From Geosiphon pyriformis uo1 (Eukaryota > Fungi > Glomeromycota): 64,000 nt of DNA. Shown here piece after piece: positions 1 to 13,019 of this stretch. The stretch spans positions 186,001 to 250,000 of the forward strand of contig JAAOMT010000684.1 of assembly GCA_016748015.1 (NCBI GenBank), given 5' to 3'. Every line of letters begins with the position of its first letter. The stretch's first letter is position 1. The notes under the pieces are model-generated. The model was not told the origin of the DNA. It was given only the letters and a program-made list of their open reading frames with translations, and ran no database searches. The position numbers and the translations under genes were made by a program.

Positions 1-989
1 AAAGATTACCAGAAAGTGTTCTCACAAAGGGAATTTTTTGTTTATCTATCAAAGGTAAACCAAGCATTCCGATCGATTTTGTGGTCAATTTTTCTTTAAT
101 ACTTCGAGAAAATACTAAAACATTGGACTGAAAAATGACTGAGAATTAGATCGATTGAAAAATTCAGGACGAAGTCAATTGATCTAGTTACCTGCTGATA
201 TTGAATTGGATAAGAGTTTAGACCAGCTAATCCTTTCAAGAAATTAGCATCATCAATCTCTGGATGTTCAACAAATGGATCGAATCCTTAAGAATAACGA
301 AAATAAAATTAATTTTCTTTAGTTTTTTTAATGATTTTTTAAACTCGTCCCTTTGCATATTCACCTGGATCATACGCATTTACAGTTATAATATTAACAC
401 CTTTGAAAGCATTTTGATCATTTGTGTCCACCATCACAGTGACTCCCAAGATTCCATTCTGATCCAGGGTTGAGCTTGATACCGTAAGATCTTTGCCTGA
501 TTTAAAGAACCCAATATACGTTCCATCCTTGTCTTTAGTTGGTTTGCTAATATACTGATTGCATGCATTTACATCTGTACCAGCTATTAAACAAAATTGA
601 AAAGATAAATTATTATGGTGACGACTGCCAAAAATTTTTAAAATGGAAAAATACCACTGACCATCTGATGAAAAATAGCAAGAAATGTTGAAGTTTTGCT
701 TATATTTAAATCTGAGAGCTTTATAATATGTCGAAATCGATTAGAAAAATTCAGCAATTGAAAAAGGGGTCAATGGCTCTTTGAATTGCAACCGACCTGG
801 TAAAGGAAGGGTATCAGAATTTTCATAAGAAATTTGCAGAATCGGCCCAGCGAAGATTATATCCAAGAAAAGAATAGTAATGTATCCCGAAAATATGGCT
901 AACAATAAAAGTGTCACGCCACACCTAAGTGCTAATAGTTGAGTCGGCTCACTACGACGATATCCAGATAATGCTTCATTAAAAAACAT
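1..989 (-). CDS. Multi-exon membrane protein, 3'-partial (runs off the window start): N-terminal TM helix followed by a beta-rich ectodomain
   Basis: ATG at 989. Exons joined over GT-AG introns give MFFNEALSGYRRSEPTQLLALRCGVTLLLLAIFSGYITILFLDIIFAGPILQISYENSDTLPLP-ALRFKYKQNFNISCYFSSD-AGTDVNACNQYISKP...AYDP-GFDPFVEHPEIDD...QYQQ-SNVLVFSRSIKEKL..., still open at position 1. Confidence 0.8.
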
Positions 990-2074
990 TTTTGGGGCAC
1001 TTATTGGCTCAGACGGTTTGACTTTTTTGATGTAGAGTTATCGAATTGTTGATGGAAAAAACTGTTTTTTTTTTATTTTTGAATGCAAGCTCTTAACTTT
1101 AGAAAGAGTTACCCTGTATTTAAAAACAAATTGGTCCCGATAGATAAAGCACATTGGAAAAGTTTCACATATTTCGGAGAAATTCATATAATGTTTTGGC
1201 TCAAAAACTTTGTAGATCTCGTCAAAAAATTCTATTCCGTTATCTCGGATATTATATCTACTATCTTTTATCAAATAATTAGAATATGCATAAAAAATTT
1301 ATTAATGTGTCAGAAATTAAGTTGAACTATTCTTCCCTAAAATCAATGTATGTTCCTAAGAATAAAATTTATTTTCATATAAAAGAACTGAGTTTTGTCA
1401 AAAAATCAATATATATGTGCAAAGGCAAAGCCAAATTCATCACTCTGAGCTTAAAGCATCTTGGTCAATAATAAATGTCTTGATTTTAAAGCATTCTCAC
1501 AACAATCCAATCAGGGCCGAGGTATCAGCCAACAAAAATGAAAAGGCTCTAAACATGAAAGAAGTTCACCCAAAATTGTCTCAAGACTTTAAGGCTGGGT
1601 GTTTTTTCGAAACTGATGAAAAAATATTGAAAAACTTAACATGATAGAAGGCCAATTTAAATAACAAAACAGTTACTTTACAAACATTTGGTATCGTGAT
1701 CGTAGAAAATTATTGATAATTACGATCCATTGCATTCGTTTTTTCACATTGCAAATGCTCAATTCAATCAAGAGATGAATAAGTCACTTATCAATGAAGG
1801 GGAATTAACTAAAAAAGCCATTGGATCGCTTTTCAAAAGAGATTTCCATTAGGCAAGAGCCTAAACTTTGTTCATGTTGGAAATGAGTGAAACAGAAACT
1901 TTGATTGTTTAAGGTTTTGGAGGAATTAATGGAAACTTTTAATATCCCTCACTAATTTGAAAATGCAGTTAAGCAATTGTTCCTCAATACCTTTTATTTT
2001 ATCTGTCCCTTGGAAATTTTTCAATCTTTTAAATTTTAATTATCGCTAAATAATTTAACTGAACGATTTTTTAA

Positions 2075-2404
2075 TTATTCCTCCAGATTCTCATCAGATA
2101 TGAAGCAACCAATTCCACCCAAAATGATTGAACTGCAGCCTTCATTACGACAAGATAGACAAATTAAGTTTCCATTTGAGCCATCAGTATTGATATCTTG
2201 TCGAGAACGTAGGAGGGGAATGCTTTCGTTCATATCGTTATTGATCAGTTTCGGAACGGACATTTGAGGAGTTGGCTTATACACGTTTTGTGACTGCTTA
2301 CGTTTTTGGTATGAACGAAGACTTGAGATTGCTCCATATGATGACGAAGAAGTGACATATGTTTGTGAATTTTCCTTGCTTTTATTTTTAATGGATGACG
2401 ACAT
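2075..2404 (-). CDS. Small hypothetical protein (~109 aa), Ser/Lys-rich with a Cys-containing hydrophobic C-terminus
   Basis: ATG at 2404, open to the stop at 2075; GC higher than the flanks; C-terminus LICLSCRNEGCSSIILGGIGCFISD. No family recognised. Confidence 0.45.
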   Translation of the reverse strand: MSSSIKNKSKENSQTYVTSSSSYGAISSLRSYQKRKQSQNVYKPTPQMSVPKLINNDMNESIPLLRSRQDINTDGSNGNLICLSCRNEGCSSIILGGIGCFISDENLEE

Positions 2405-3072
2405 AGTAGTTGACAATTCAAGAAATTCGATAGTAACAAGCGTTTTTGTCCTTTTATCTATATTAGCTGGATCTGTTGTGTATCCTGTTATTTATTTTAT
2501 ATTGAATTACATGCCTTATTCTCAGTCTGTAGGGGATATTTTTAATGGTCAATTTTTTCAATCATGAATCCCTACATTATACTTTGTTACTGTAATTTTC
2601 CAAGCAAATCTATATCTCTTCGTTACCTTTCAAACCTGATAAATATAGTTATCAATATTTCAAATTATTCATTTTCATGTACTAAACATATCAGCAATTG
2701 AGAATGGAAATTTTTACTCCAAGATAAAAATTAATATTGAAAAACTTCAAATGTATGAAATTTGGTCAACAGTAATGTTAGTTAGAGAACCAAATATTCC
2801 AGCCTTTTAACGAGGACAGAATTCGAAATTGAAAAGATTGCACAAGGATTTTTTATCCAAGATCACATTGGGGACTAAAGAAATTAAAATTTTGTACATT
2901 AGGAAAAAATTTTCCATTTTATGGTTTTAGGGCACTCGTTAAAAATTTTAATTTTGACTTCTCTTCCTAAAAATAAAAATATTGCTTTCCATGAAAAAGA
3001 TTTGATGAAAAGCAAAAAATTTCAAAACTTTATACCTTGGAAGCTCGCTGGCCAAAAAAAAACAAAGCAAAG

Positions 3073-3455
3073 CTAATTACATATATTACATAGTAACTCG
3101 GAAAAAATGGTAGCGCAACATGATGCGCAACAAGATATGCAACAACATTCCGCGATACAAGCCCATCCTTCATTGGGGTAATAGCCTGGTCTTTTACTCT
3201 TGTATTTTCCAGTCCCACGAGCATAAAACTCAGAATCCTTTACTTCTGGCTTTGGCGCTTGAAACTCACCAGTTGTTTCGTTTCGTGAAACCTCTATTAC
3301 GGGAGGTTCATATATCTGTAAAGAATATTCATTATTGGACGGCAGAGATCGATTTTCTTTGTTTTTTAATTCGTCTGTTTTATCTTTGAGGAAAAAAAAT
3401 ATCAATCAGAGCGTAAAAAGGCTCTGAAAAATCCCAAAGTTTTGTTACCTGACAT
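3073..3455 (-). CDS. CYSTM-like cysteine-rich tail-anchored small protein (2 exons)
   Basis: 7-nt first exon ATGTCAG (3455-3449), GT-AG intron 3448-3384, then D-KTDELK...GYYPNEGWACIAECCCISCCASCCATIFSELLCNICN*. A polar N-terminus plus a Cys-rich hydrophobic C-terminal helix is the CYSTM pattern. Confidence 0.7.
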
Positions 3456-3647
3456 GTTGGCATATACAAAGCAGTCAAATGTGGGAAACAAATGCATAGT
3501 ATTTATTAAGATTTGGATTACACTATTTATGCAACGTAATGTAGAATTTTTTGATCCTCACGAATGTGCCATAGAAGGTCGCGCCACAGGAAAATTTTCG
3601 CTAATAAGGTTAATCACAATAGCTAACAGTGACTCTAACAAACAATA
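3456..3647. promoter_or_regulatory. Probable bidirectional promoter between the CYSTM-like gene and COQ9
   Basis: Divergent ATGs at 3455 (-) and 3648 (+), with only 192 bp between them. Confidence 0.5.
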
Positions 3648-4952
3648 ATGAATTATACTCTGGAAAAGTTATTTTTGATTCACCAATGTCATAAGTTTTC
3701 GAATTTTTTTAAACCACACTCGAGACTTTTCTTCAAACCGCAATTTCAATCCAAACATTCCCAAAAATTCTTTCCTTTAGGATTTAAAACCTTTTCCAGT
3801 GTGACAGAATCTCAACTTGAGGATAAGCAAAGGTTTTACAATCATCCCAAATTCGAAAATAGCAGATATAATTTCTGGGCTCTGCCGGCTTTTAAATTTT
3901 AAATATCTGTTAATAATGAATCTAGCAGTCGAAGGCCACAAAATTCAAAAGATGATATACCTTATCTAATACTTAAATCCGCCTTAGAATTCGCTCCTCA
4001 ACATGGTTGGACAATTGATGCCATATCAAAAGGCGCAAAATCCCTTGGATATTCGTCCGTGACGCATGGAATGTTTCCTCGTGGTGGTCTTGAATTACTT
4101 GATTTTTTTTTGTTGGAATCTAGACGGAAGATGACCCTTGAGATTGCAGATAAAATGGAAGGGTTAGTTCGCAGTCCATTAAACCAATCACCGACGATTT
4201 CAAATTAACAAATTTCAGGTTAAGAGTCCCACAGAAAATTAGATTGGCCTGCATTACTCGGCTGAATTTGACAAAACCTTTTATTTATCGGTGGCCTGAG
4301 GTAAGAGGGATCAAGAATATTTGTAAATCTTTAAATAAAAGGTTTTTCATGATATTTTTGTTCCATTTCATATTAGGCATTGGCCATAATGGCTCAACCA
4401 AATAATCTTAAGATGTCCTTTGAACACCTCGCTAAACTCTCGGATGAAATTTGGTTTTTAGCCGGAGATAAAAGTGCAAATGTGAGATTATTTTCTTAGC
4501 CTGAAATTTCTTGCTTTTATACAATTTGACCTGGATTTTACCGCCATTTTGTAGATGAGCTGGTATACTAAGAGGGGAGAACTCGCGTTAATTTATTCAG
4601 CAACCGGTAATTCAATTATTTAAATTTCTTTTCAAATTCCATAAAAATCATAACCATAAGTTTCCTATGATAGAATTGTATATGACACAAGACAAATCTC
4701 CAGATTTCCAAGAAACTTGGGCCTTTTTGGATCGTAGACTCCAAGAAATTGCCGTATTAGGGAAAACCATTCATGAAATAAACAAATTTTCCTCCTTCTT
4801 TAAAAGGTCTATCGCAGGAGCCCTTGAATCGGTACTTCCTTTCAGCTAAATAAAATAAGTTTTCTATTATTCTCTGACGATTAGATTTCTCTGACAATAT
4901 ATATTACACTATTGAATTTTCCTCTATGTAGAAAAGGATAAAATTCTTCTGA
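3648..4952 (+). CDS. COQ9: Ubiquinone biosynthesis protein COQ9, mitochondrial (multi-exon)
   Basis: Basic presequence-like exon 1. Spliced peptides ILKSALEFAPQHGWTIDAI...GMFPRGGLELLDFFL, RLNLTKPFIYRWPEALAIMAQP, LSDEIWFLAGDKSANMSWYTKRGELALIYSATELYMTQDKSPDFQETWAFLDRRL match COQ9 family motifs. Last exon 4932-4952 KRIKFF*. Confidence 0.93.
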
Positions 4953-5376
4953 ATGACAAAGTCACCTTTGCGAAGAAATGTGGGAGTCAAAACTGAAAAT
5001 ATTCAAGCTTTCTGTTCTTTGGAAAATAATAAATGAGTCCAAAATAAACTGAAAATACTTTTTTATATTAAAAATCAATATTCATATATCTTCTATCTCA
5101 TCCCTTTGTTTGTCTAATAATGCACGTTTTGGGGGGGTGTGTTTATCTTGGTGCTAAGGTTAACAATTTGAAAAACCAACAATTTTGCAGGATATTGACA
5201 AGTTGATAAATGGGATCCAAAATACTCATAAGGAACCCGGAAAAATCATTAGAGCAAGAGTCGAAAAATCTGAGCAGCCAATTTAATCATATTTTTGAAT
5301 CGTAAATGTTTAATATATTTTCAAATTCCAAGGGTTTTAAGAGGCGATGAGGCGGTTATAAAATAAATGATATGGT

Positions 5377-8300
5377 TTAGAACAGAGACGGAAGTTGAAC
5401 ACCCAAGTAAAAGTTTTGTACGTATAGCTTGGTACCGCCATAAGATTTAGTTAATCTGCCGATTTCCCAACCATCAGTCACTTGCTGGGTAAACTCCAAT
5501 GTATATCTAGTTACATCGTGAAATGATATAAACACGCGTCTACTGTGCAAATTTTGAGGTGTGCGAGGCAAATATGGCTCAAAAAGATCAAACAACCCGG
5601 TATGATCTGGACTCTCAGCATCAGCGGGCTCTTGTTCTAAAGAGTTAGTTTCATGGACAGTTGGCGGCGTGAATTGATCGTTATCTTTAATTTTTTTGCA
5701 CCACAATTGGATCGCCATATCAACAGGGGTTTGCCCAACGGCATTTTCATGATACAAAGAACCATATTTTCCATCCTCGTTAAAGGAAAGCAACGGATTT
5801 TCCAGTTCAACGGTCAAAAGAGTTTGAGCAATCCCCAATAATCCTTGTTTAGTGGCCAAGTGAAGATATCGATCACTTTGAAAATCATATGAAAAAATAT
5901 TTGCTGTGTCAATCTGGTTCCAAAGGAATTTGAAGGTTTCCTTTCGTGCTTCCAGGATTGCGATAGCAATTATGGAATGATTAAATTTTTTGCTGCGTTG
6001 CTCAAGCATACGTTGCGCAGTGTTTTCTTCAAGCTTCAAAAATAGGGATTCAAGCGTCTTGAGATGTCCCGCGTGACTGTTGTATATTCAGATATTTTTA
6101 ATAGAAAAAAATTGTGTGAAGTGTCAAAAGAAATCCAACTCATATACTCACGTGGCGTGATGTGCTCCAGTCCATCCGCTCTCATCAACTACACCTGGGT
6201 CAGCTCCAACTTCTAACAAAGCTTCAACACATTCGGTCTTGCCCGTGCTAGCAGCAAGAATAAATGCCGTGAACCAGCCGTTATTGGCTCGTGTATCTAA
6301 GATTTCCTCCAATTCCAAGTCATTTTTTTGGAGATTCGGCTTATAGTACTTTGCCAAATCTTTGATTGCCTCCGGTTGATTACCTTCAACAGCCCAATGA
6401 AATGGAGTTTGATTTTCGTATGGTTCAAAAGTGAATAGTCTTCTCCCAATTTTAGCGGCATCTTGAACAGTATTTATTATATTTGCTCTAATATCATGCC
6501 CACGGTTTTTACGTGCAAAACGTTCGAGAGCTTTGATTGGTTGAGGAGATAGGAAGTATTTGATTGATGTAGCGTTCCCATAGAATGCGGCAAGATGTAG
6601 GAATGAGGGTGCAATAGGTTTTTGGGAAGCAGCAGGATTATGCCTTACTATCCATGATTTTTTTTTTGACCCATCCACGTCAAGACCTTGATAATATCTG
6701 TAATATAAATATTTTAAAAGTAACTTTTTTTCATAAAGCTCAAGCAATTAGTTATATATTTCTCTACAAAATTGGTTTATTTCTTACTTTGGTTTTTTGA
6801 ATTCAATTACTTCCTCTTTATCAGAATCTTCTAGATCAAATAAGCCAAAGTTATTTCCCGCTGCACCATATCTATCATGACGTTAACGAAAAAACGAACT
6901 ATTAAAATGAACTTAGAAATTAATTGATTTCTGGAAAAAAATACTCACTCGATGAACAAATCAAGGATGTCTATATGACCAAGGACGATTGCCCAATGAA
7001 TAGGGCTGAGATGCCACATGTAAGGATGATGATTGCTTACTATAAGTTGTGTAACTAGCCCTCCCTCCTTTTCAGGAATAGTAAATGATTCATCTAATTG
7101 AAGTTAATCGTAAATGAGAGAAAAAAATGATAATAAGCAAGAACAAAATTGATGAATCTTACCTTCACATTCATACTCCTTTGCCCATTTCAATATCGCC
7201 TCGACAATTTTGAGCTGGTTTTTGACGGTAGCAATGGTGAATGCACCAAACTTTAAAGAATTTGATTTGCTTTTACTCTCATCGGATTTTCTCCAATATT
7301 TTTCTGGTAAATATTCAGCTCGTAAAAACCCAGAGGCAACCGACTGTAAGAACACATATGCTGTTGTATGTGAGGTTGGCTTAGTGTTGAGAATCCTAGA
7401 CGCAACGCCAGCGGCCGGCTCCTCTGGTGGATCTTCGGGATCCTCAAGGGGGGTCGGTTCGTCATAATCGTATAGATCCGAATCGGAAGATGAATCGGTT
7501 GTATAATCTTGAATTGCAAGGTGAATTTTAGAATTTTGAGACAAGAATGCCCGAAATATATAAAAGAAATCTACTCACCGTTTACATTTATATCATAATT
7601 GTTGATCGTAACTTCACCTTCAGAATCATCATTTCCAGAATTTTTTTTCTTTGGCAGGGGAGTATACTGCTTTTCTACAGCTTTTAATATTTGGACTGCC
7701 ATTTCTTCGTAACCAAGATAACATGCGAGGAGCAATGGGGTCCATGTATTTCGATCTTTAACAGCGACGACTAATCGTCGTGAAAATTTTTTAAACCTTG
7801 CAATATCATTTTGGAACACTGCGTCATATAATGCCACGTAATCATTTACGAGTTCCTCTGGAACTTGATATCCCTGTCCCTCGACATGATGAAAATAAGT
7901 AAATTGAAAAATGTACTTGTTGACGTCGATGTCGAAATTTGGTTGTTTTTGAATATTAGAAGGAACCGAAACACGGTTCAATGGAGCGCCACTCATCTGC
8001 TCCATTAATTGTGATAATTTTTGTTGTACTTCTGGGGATTGATCTCCTTGTTTCAATGCATTTTGTAAAAGTTGACTTTGCCGAAGAAGGATTTGTTGCT
8101 GAAGCTGCAAAGCTTGTTCTTGTAACTGTTGCTTTTCTTTTTCTGTTTCTGCTCGGGCTACTGCCTCTACCAACTTGAGTAATTGCGCTTGCTGAATAGC
8201 TTGTAATTGTTGCACTTTCTCATTTGTAGCATTTTCAGCTTCTTTCTTTGATTCATCAGGTTCAAGTTCCTCTAAAGTTTTTGCCCCCCTTCCTATTAAG

Positions 8301-11300
8301 TACATCAAGCATTCTTTTTGCAAATTCAATCTTTTTTCAATTTCAAGGCGGCGCTGGGTTTTTTTTTCTTCAGGTTCAGCGATTACTGTTGTGTCAGGTG
8401 GAGTATAATACTTGAGCTCGATATTGGCAGGCACTTTGATCTTATTACTAACTATATAATCATTGAGATCAGATCCATCTGCATTGGAAAGGATGAAACC
8501 CGGATAAGAATTGGTCGAGTGTTTTTTTCTTTCATCATCGATAACGGTGTCAAGATCAATAATTTTAGGAGCAAAGGTTTTTGTAACCAACAGAATATCT
8601 AGTAATTCGACTTTTTTTGGATTAAATTCTTGAAAGGCAGATACGCTCTGCTCCAAATTACTCTGAACACGATCTCGAATAGTTTCATACTGATTATATT
8701 TTGTGTTAACATCAGCTCCAGCTTCAACTAGAAGTTTGTAGAGCCCATTATCCAATGCGCAAGTGATTGGTTGAACAACTTGAGCTAGCATAGAAGCTGC
8801 GTTGCAGATGATAGAAGAATTATAACGCGCCACAAATTCTTTGCAATCATCTAAAGTCACCTGAACCTGATAGCAGACAATCAAATGTAAGGAATTTATC
8901 CAGGAACAAGCTAGATATAGAGACTCAAACCTACATGGGCACCATTGCGAAGCAAAAGCTCTGCCATATTGCGATCTCCATTCATTATAGCGATTGCTAG
9001 AGGGGATTCTTTGGATAAATTGAGGGCATTGATTACGCGCCTCGATTTAGGATCAATATCCAAAAATAATTGAACAAAACTGATTTTTCCTATTACGCAT
9101 CAAATATAAGTTAATGATACATTAAGCTGTTTAAAATCAAATTAACTTACTAAACTTAACAGCCAAATGAAATATAGTGTTATATTGATAATCAAGCTAT
9201 AGGAAAATTGAGCTTTGATGAAGAGTTTGATGGAAAATTGGGTTTTCAACTGAATGTATATGCTGCATCATACCTGCGAGGCCATAGCTCCATTCTCTAA
9301 TAAAAGGGTGGCAATTTTTAATCCGATTTTTTCTGTTCTTGTTATCATTGACAATCCCAACGGAAAATAAACTTTTTTCTTGCGATAATTAGAAGAGTAA
9401 TATAGACGTGAATCCGATAATTTGAATTTTATTGGCCTCCTAACATTGGCACCGTTCTCAATCAGCAATTTCACCACTTCGAACCGACCAAATAATATAG
9501 CATATTCAAGCGGTGTAAATTGGTGATCCCAAGCTTCGAGGTTGAGGTCAATAATGTCATCTTCCTCTTCTTCTTCTTCTATAGCCAAAATATTTGGTTC
9601 ATCTTCATCCTTCGGTGGATTATTATCCAATTCCATTTTATCAACGATATCGAGTGAGCCATCAGACTCTTGATCCTCATGAATTTCCGTCTGATCCGGA
9701 TTGCTAAGTGCTTCTAATTTCAACCCAGTTATGGCAATTTCTTTTTTTAAATCTCTTTCTTTCGCTGCTTTTTTATTTGCATCGCTTTTCTTTAATAATA
9801 ATATCAAAATATCCAAAAATCCTAATGCAGCAGCTATGTGCACAACATTTCTTCCATCTGCCATTCGTGCGGTTATCTTTGCATCACAATTCAGTAATAG
9901 TTGCACAGCTTCTGTATACCCACCCATAACAGCTAATTGTAATGGTGTTCTACCAAAATAATCGCGAGCATTGACATCTAAAACACCATGCAATAATTTT
10001 TTGATGCCATGTAGGTCACCCTTAGCACAAGCAGTACATAGATCTTCCCTGACTGGAGTAATAAAAGCTTCTTCAGCCCAATCATTATCGGTCAAAGGAT
10101 TGAAACTACCCACAGTTTGTCGGCCAGGATCATCTTTAATGAAGCTTATTTCACCTCGGATAAAAATTTTATCCTCAGCTTCTTGTAATTCAATTTCCTC
10201 TGGTGTGGTAGGTTGAGGACACGTTCCGCAACAATCTCGGAACACTTGTTCCATAGTACCAAAAAAGCAGGGATGACGATGAAGTTTTCTTTTTCTAGTC
10301 TTTTGATTCCATGCCGAGTTCATTACTAGATCCTATTTGAGATCACATGTAGACCATTCAGTTCGATTCTTCACATGGAAATGCAAAAATAGATTGCAAA
10401 ATTCTCGGTCAGTTCAAAAACGTGCATACCTTCTTATAAATCAATTTTATAACGCGCTTAGCATTATATTTAGGCCCGTACGGCAATTGTACAGTTTCGT
10501 AATCATTATTTTCAAATTTATTAGTCCTCAGATTATCTGACCGACTCCAACTACGTGAAGCGTAAGTTCCTGCTTTTGGATGCTTTGGCCTAAGAGTACG
10601 TTCACGCTTTTCTTCGATATATTTGAAACGAGAATCTGGAGATGACAATCTTTCGAGAACAAGTAATCGAGCCAAACCATGCAGTTTCTCAAAGCTACGC
10701 TCATATATTGTGGGATCAATGCGCGAACGATCCAAAGATGGTACCTTGATCTAATATTGGCAAAACAAAGCGTGAATGATTAATGTTTTCGAGATAGATG
10801 ATTTTTAGAAAATTCCCATCTTTACCTCAAATCCACGTTCAGCATACTTTGCTAAGCGCATTTCATATGAGGGTGAGCGTCTTGTCAAATCAATGACATT
10901 GCATTGCTTTGTAATGGCTTGATGAGCACGAGGGAGTGCCCATACATTTTGTCCGTCAAAGCCTACACAGCAACAGTCACTTAAAGTAATAATGGGTAAT
11001 GGTAAAAGCTGATTTGTAAAAGGGAAGATTTTAAACCATTAAAACTTGTGTGAATACTCACAGGTCAAAACCAGTCAAAATTTCACTAGGAGACTGGTAT
11101 AAGCGCAAAATAATCTACAAATAAAGAGACATAATTTTTAATTGAAATAATATGTTGGACGCAAAGACTGTATCGCTAAAGAAGTTTATTCTCCGACCTG
11201 AACATGTCGATAAGGATACTGACTGAGAATAGTAACGCAATTTTTTGCTCTGATACAGGTTACTTCCCAAGGAACAGCATCGGAAATTACATTATAAATT

Positions 11301-11987
11301 TCTATCATTTTTTGTTTTGCATCCTCTTCGTTTAATCCGTATATAAACAGGTCAATGTCAGAACTGGCATATGCTTTTTCATGATAGTATTCACGGGTTT
11401 TTCGAGTAGAAGAATATTGTTTTGGAATGGGAAGAAGGCAACTAAGAACTGCCCCGCCTATTGTTTTTGGTAGTATATAAAAAATTCGCGATCACAACTC
11501 TACAAGCGAAAACTGGAGAATAAGAATAAAATTAAATACCGGCAGCGAAGACATTATTCCAATCAAGCCCATTTAGAGAACCTTAAAGATATGATACGCT
11601 TCAAATTTCAATTTATCAAGCATATTAATTTAACAATTTAAAATTTTTACCTTCAGTATACAATTTCCAATTCCTCAAAAATCTTTCATTCCCACCGTGT
11701 TCGATGGCCCATTCACCAGCCTTAAGGCGAGTTTTATCAGTTAATGCCATTATAATTGTTTCGTGTCCTTCAGAATTTCTTTCGCTGTCTGATTTCCAAA
11801 GTGATTCATTTTCGTATACATTAATCAAGTTGACGTAAGGATTTTTAAGAGATGGATGTTTAGGATTGGTGGCGAATAATGAACGGAATTGAGCCTCTCG
11901 AGCAAGGGCAGCATAAATTGCAGTTGGAGAATTAGACGTGAGATCTTCAAGATAGTTGTCCGGGGGTATTTCCTGAGGTTCAGCCAT
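5377..11987 (-). CDS. Large (~1,800 aa, rough estimate) protein: N-terminal Pol-beta-superfamily nucleotidyltransferase-like domain plus many ankyrin repeats and a Gln-rich coil
   Basis: The minus-strand ORF-track pieces join over GT-AG introns. NTase motifs: WNNVFAAGGAVLSCL...SSDIDLFIYG...QIILR...GFDLDCCCVGFDG...RLAKYAERGF. Ankyrin motifs: GRTPLQLAVMGG, GRNVVHIAAALG, FTPLEYAILFG, WTPLLLACYLG, SFLHLAAFYG, QTPFHWAVEGN, GWTGAHHATHAGH. Confidence 0.88.
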
Positions 11988-12491
11988 TGTTTTTAAAATT
12001 CTTAAGAGAATTTGGGTTTTATTTAATGAATACTAACGTTTACACTCAAAAGAGCAAACCCAGAAATCAACTTAAAACGTCCAACCAATATATAAGATCT
12101 AGGAAGGAAACAAACACGTTCATCACTGCGTATTTGATTGTTGATAATGCACGCCATTATAAATAAAATGCCATTTAAAGTTATTAGTGAGTGAAATTGT
12201 TTTACTATTTTGAAAATTCTCATGATATAAATGAGCTAATGTGAAATTGATTATTATTGAACTAATGATAATAAGAAAATAATAATAATAATAATATCAA
12301 AATGTTTACATTGTTTATCCATAAAATTATACAATAATTATATATTTAAACTTAAAAACACATCATAAGTTTACAATTTGAAATAAAAGTTTAAATGTAA
12401 ATTAATAATAAAATAAAGAAATCAAAAACCTAGCAAGCTTTAAGTATTTTCAATGTTATTTTATTATAATTATAAATAAATACTAAATTAA

Positions 12492-12840
12492 TTTTTTATT
12501 GAATATAGCTCTTTTACAATTTACTTATATAATGTAAATATGAACTGTGCATTTTTTTACATGTAATTAATTATCTAAACCGGTTAAGACTATACTAGTC
12601 TATATTAAACAAATTTAAATTTAAATTTAAACCAAAAAGTCTTCATATAAAAATTAACTATTCGAGAAAAATTTTTAATGCCAAAAAACAGTTTTAACCA
12701 AAATTAATTCCATGTTTCCAGGTTTTTATTTAAAAAAAACCATAAATATTTATTAAAACCAAGTTCATATTGTTTAACAAGTCACAAATTTTTATCTTAA
12801 TTTGAGATTTAGCTGTTAATTTTAACAAAACACCACTTAA
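12492..12840 (-). mobile_element. Heavily decayed 3' fragment of the LINE family
   Basis: Reverse complement tagtatagtcttaaccggtttagataattaattacatgtaaaaaaatgcac... aligns to the LINE 3' UTR at 33705-33770 (tagtgcagcctaaatcggccgagtggttgatcacatgtggaaaatgcg), mostly by C>T/G>A changes, and ends in an A tail. The 5' limit is approximate. Confidence 0.6.
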
Positions 12841-13019
12841 TTTCAAATACTTAAATAATTAAATAAAAGCTATTAAAGACAATTATATTTGAATTTATAA
12901 TTACTGTAAATTTAAGCTGCTTATAGCCAATATAATAACATATTGCTTTTACTATTTAGAGAAAACTAATCGGATAATTAAAGAATTACTATTTTTAATT
13001 AATACAATACTAATTTACA

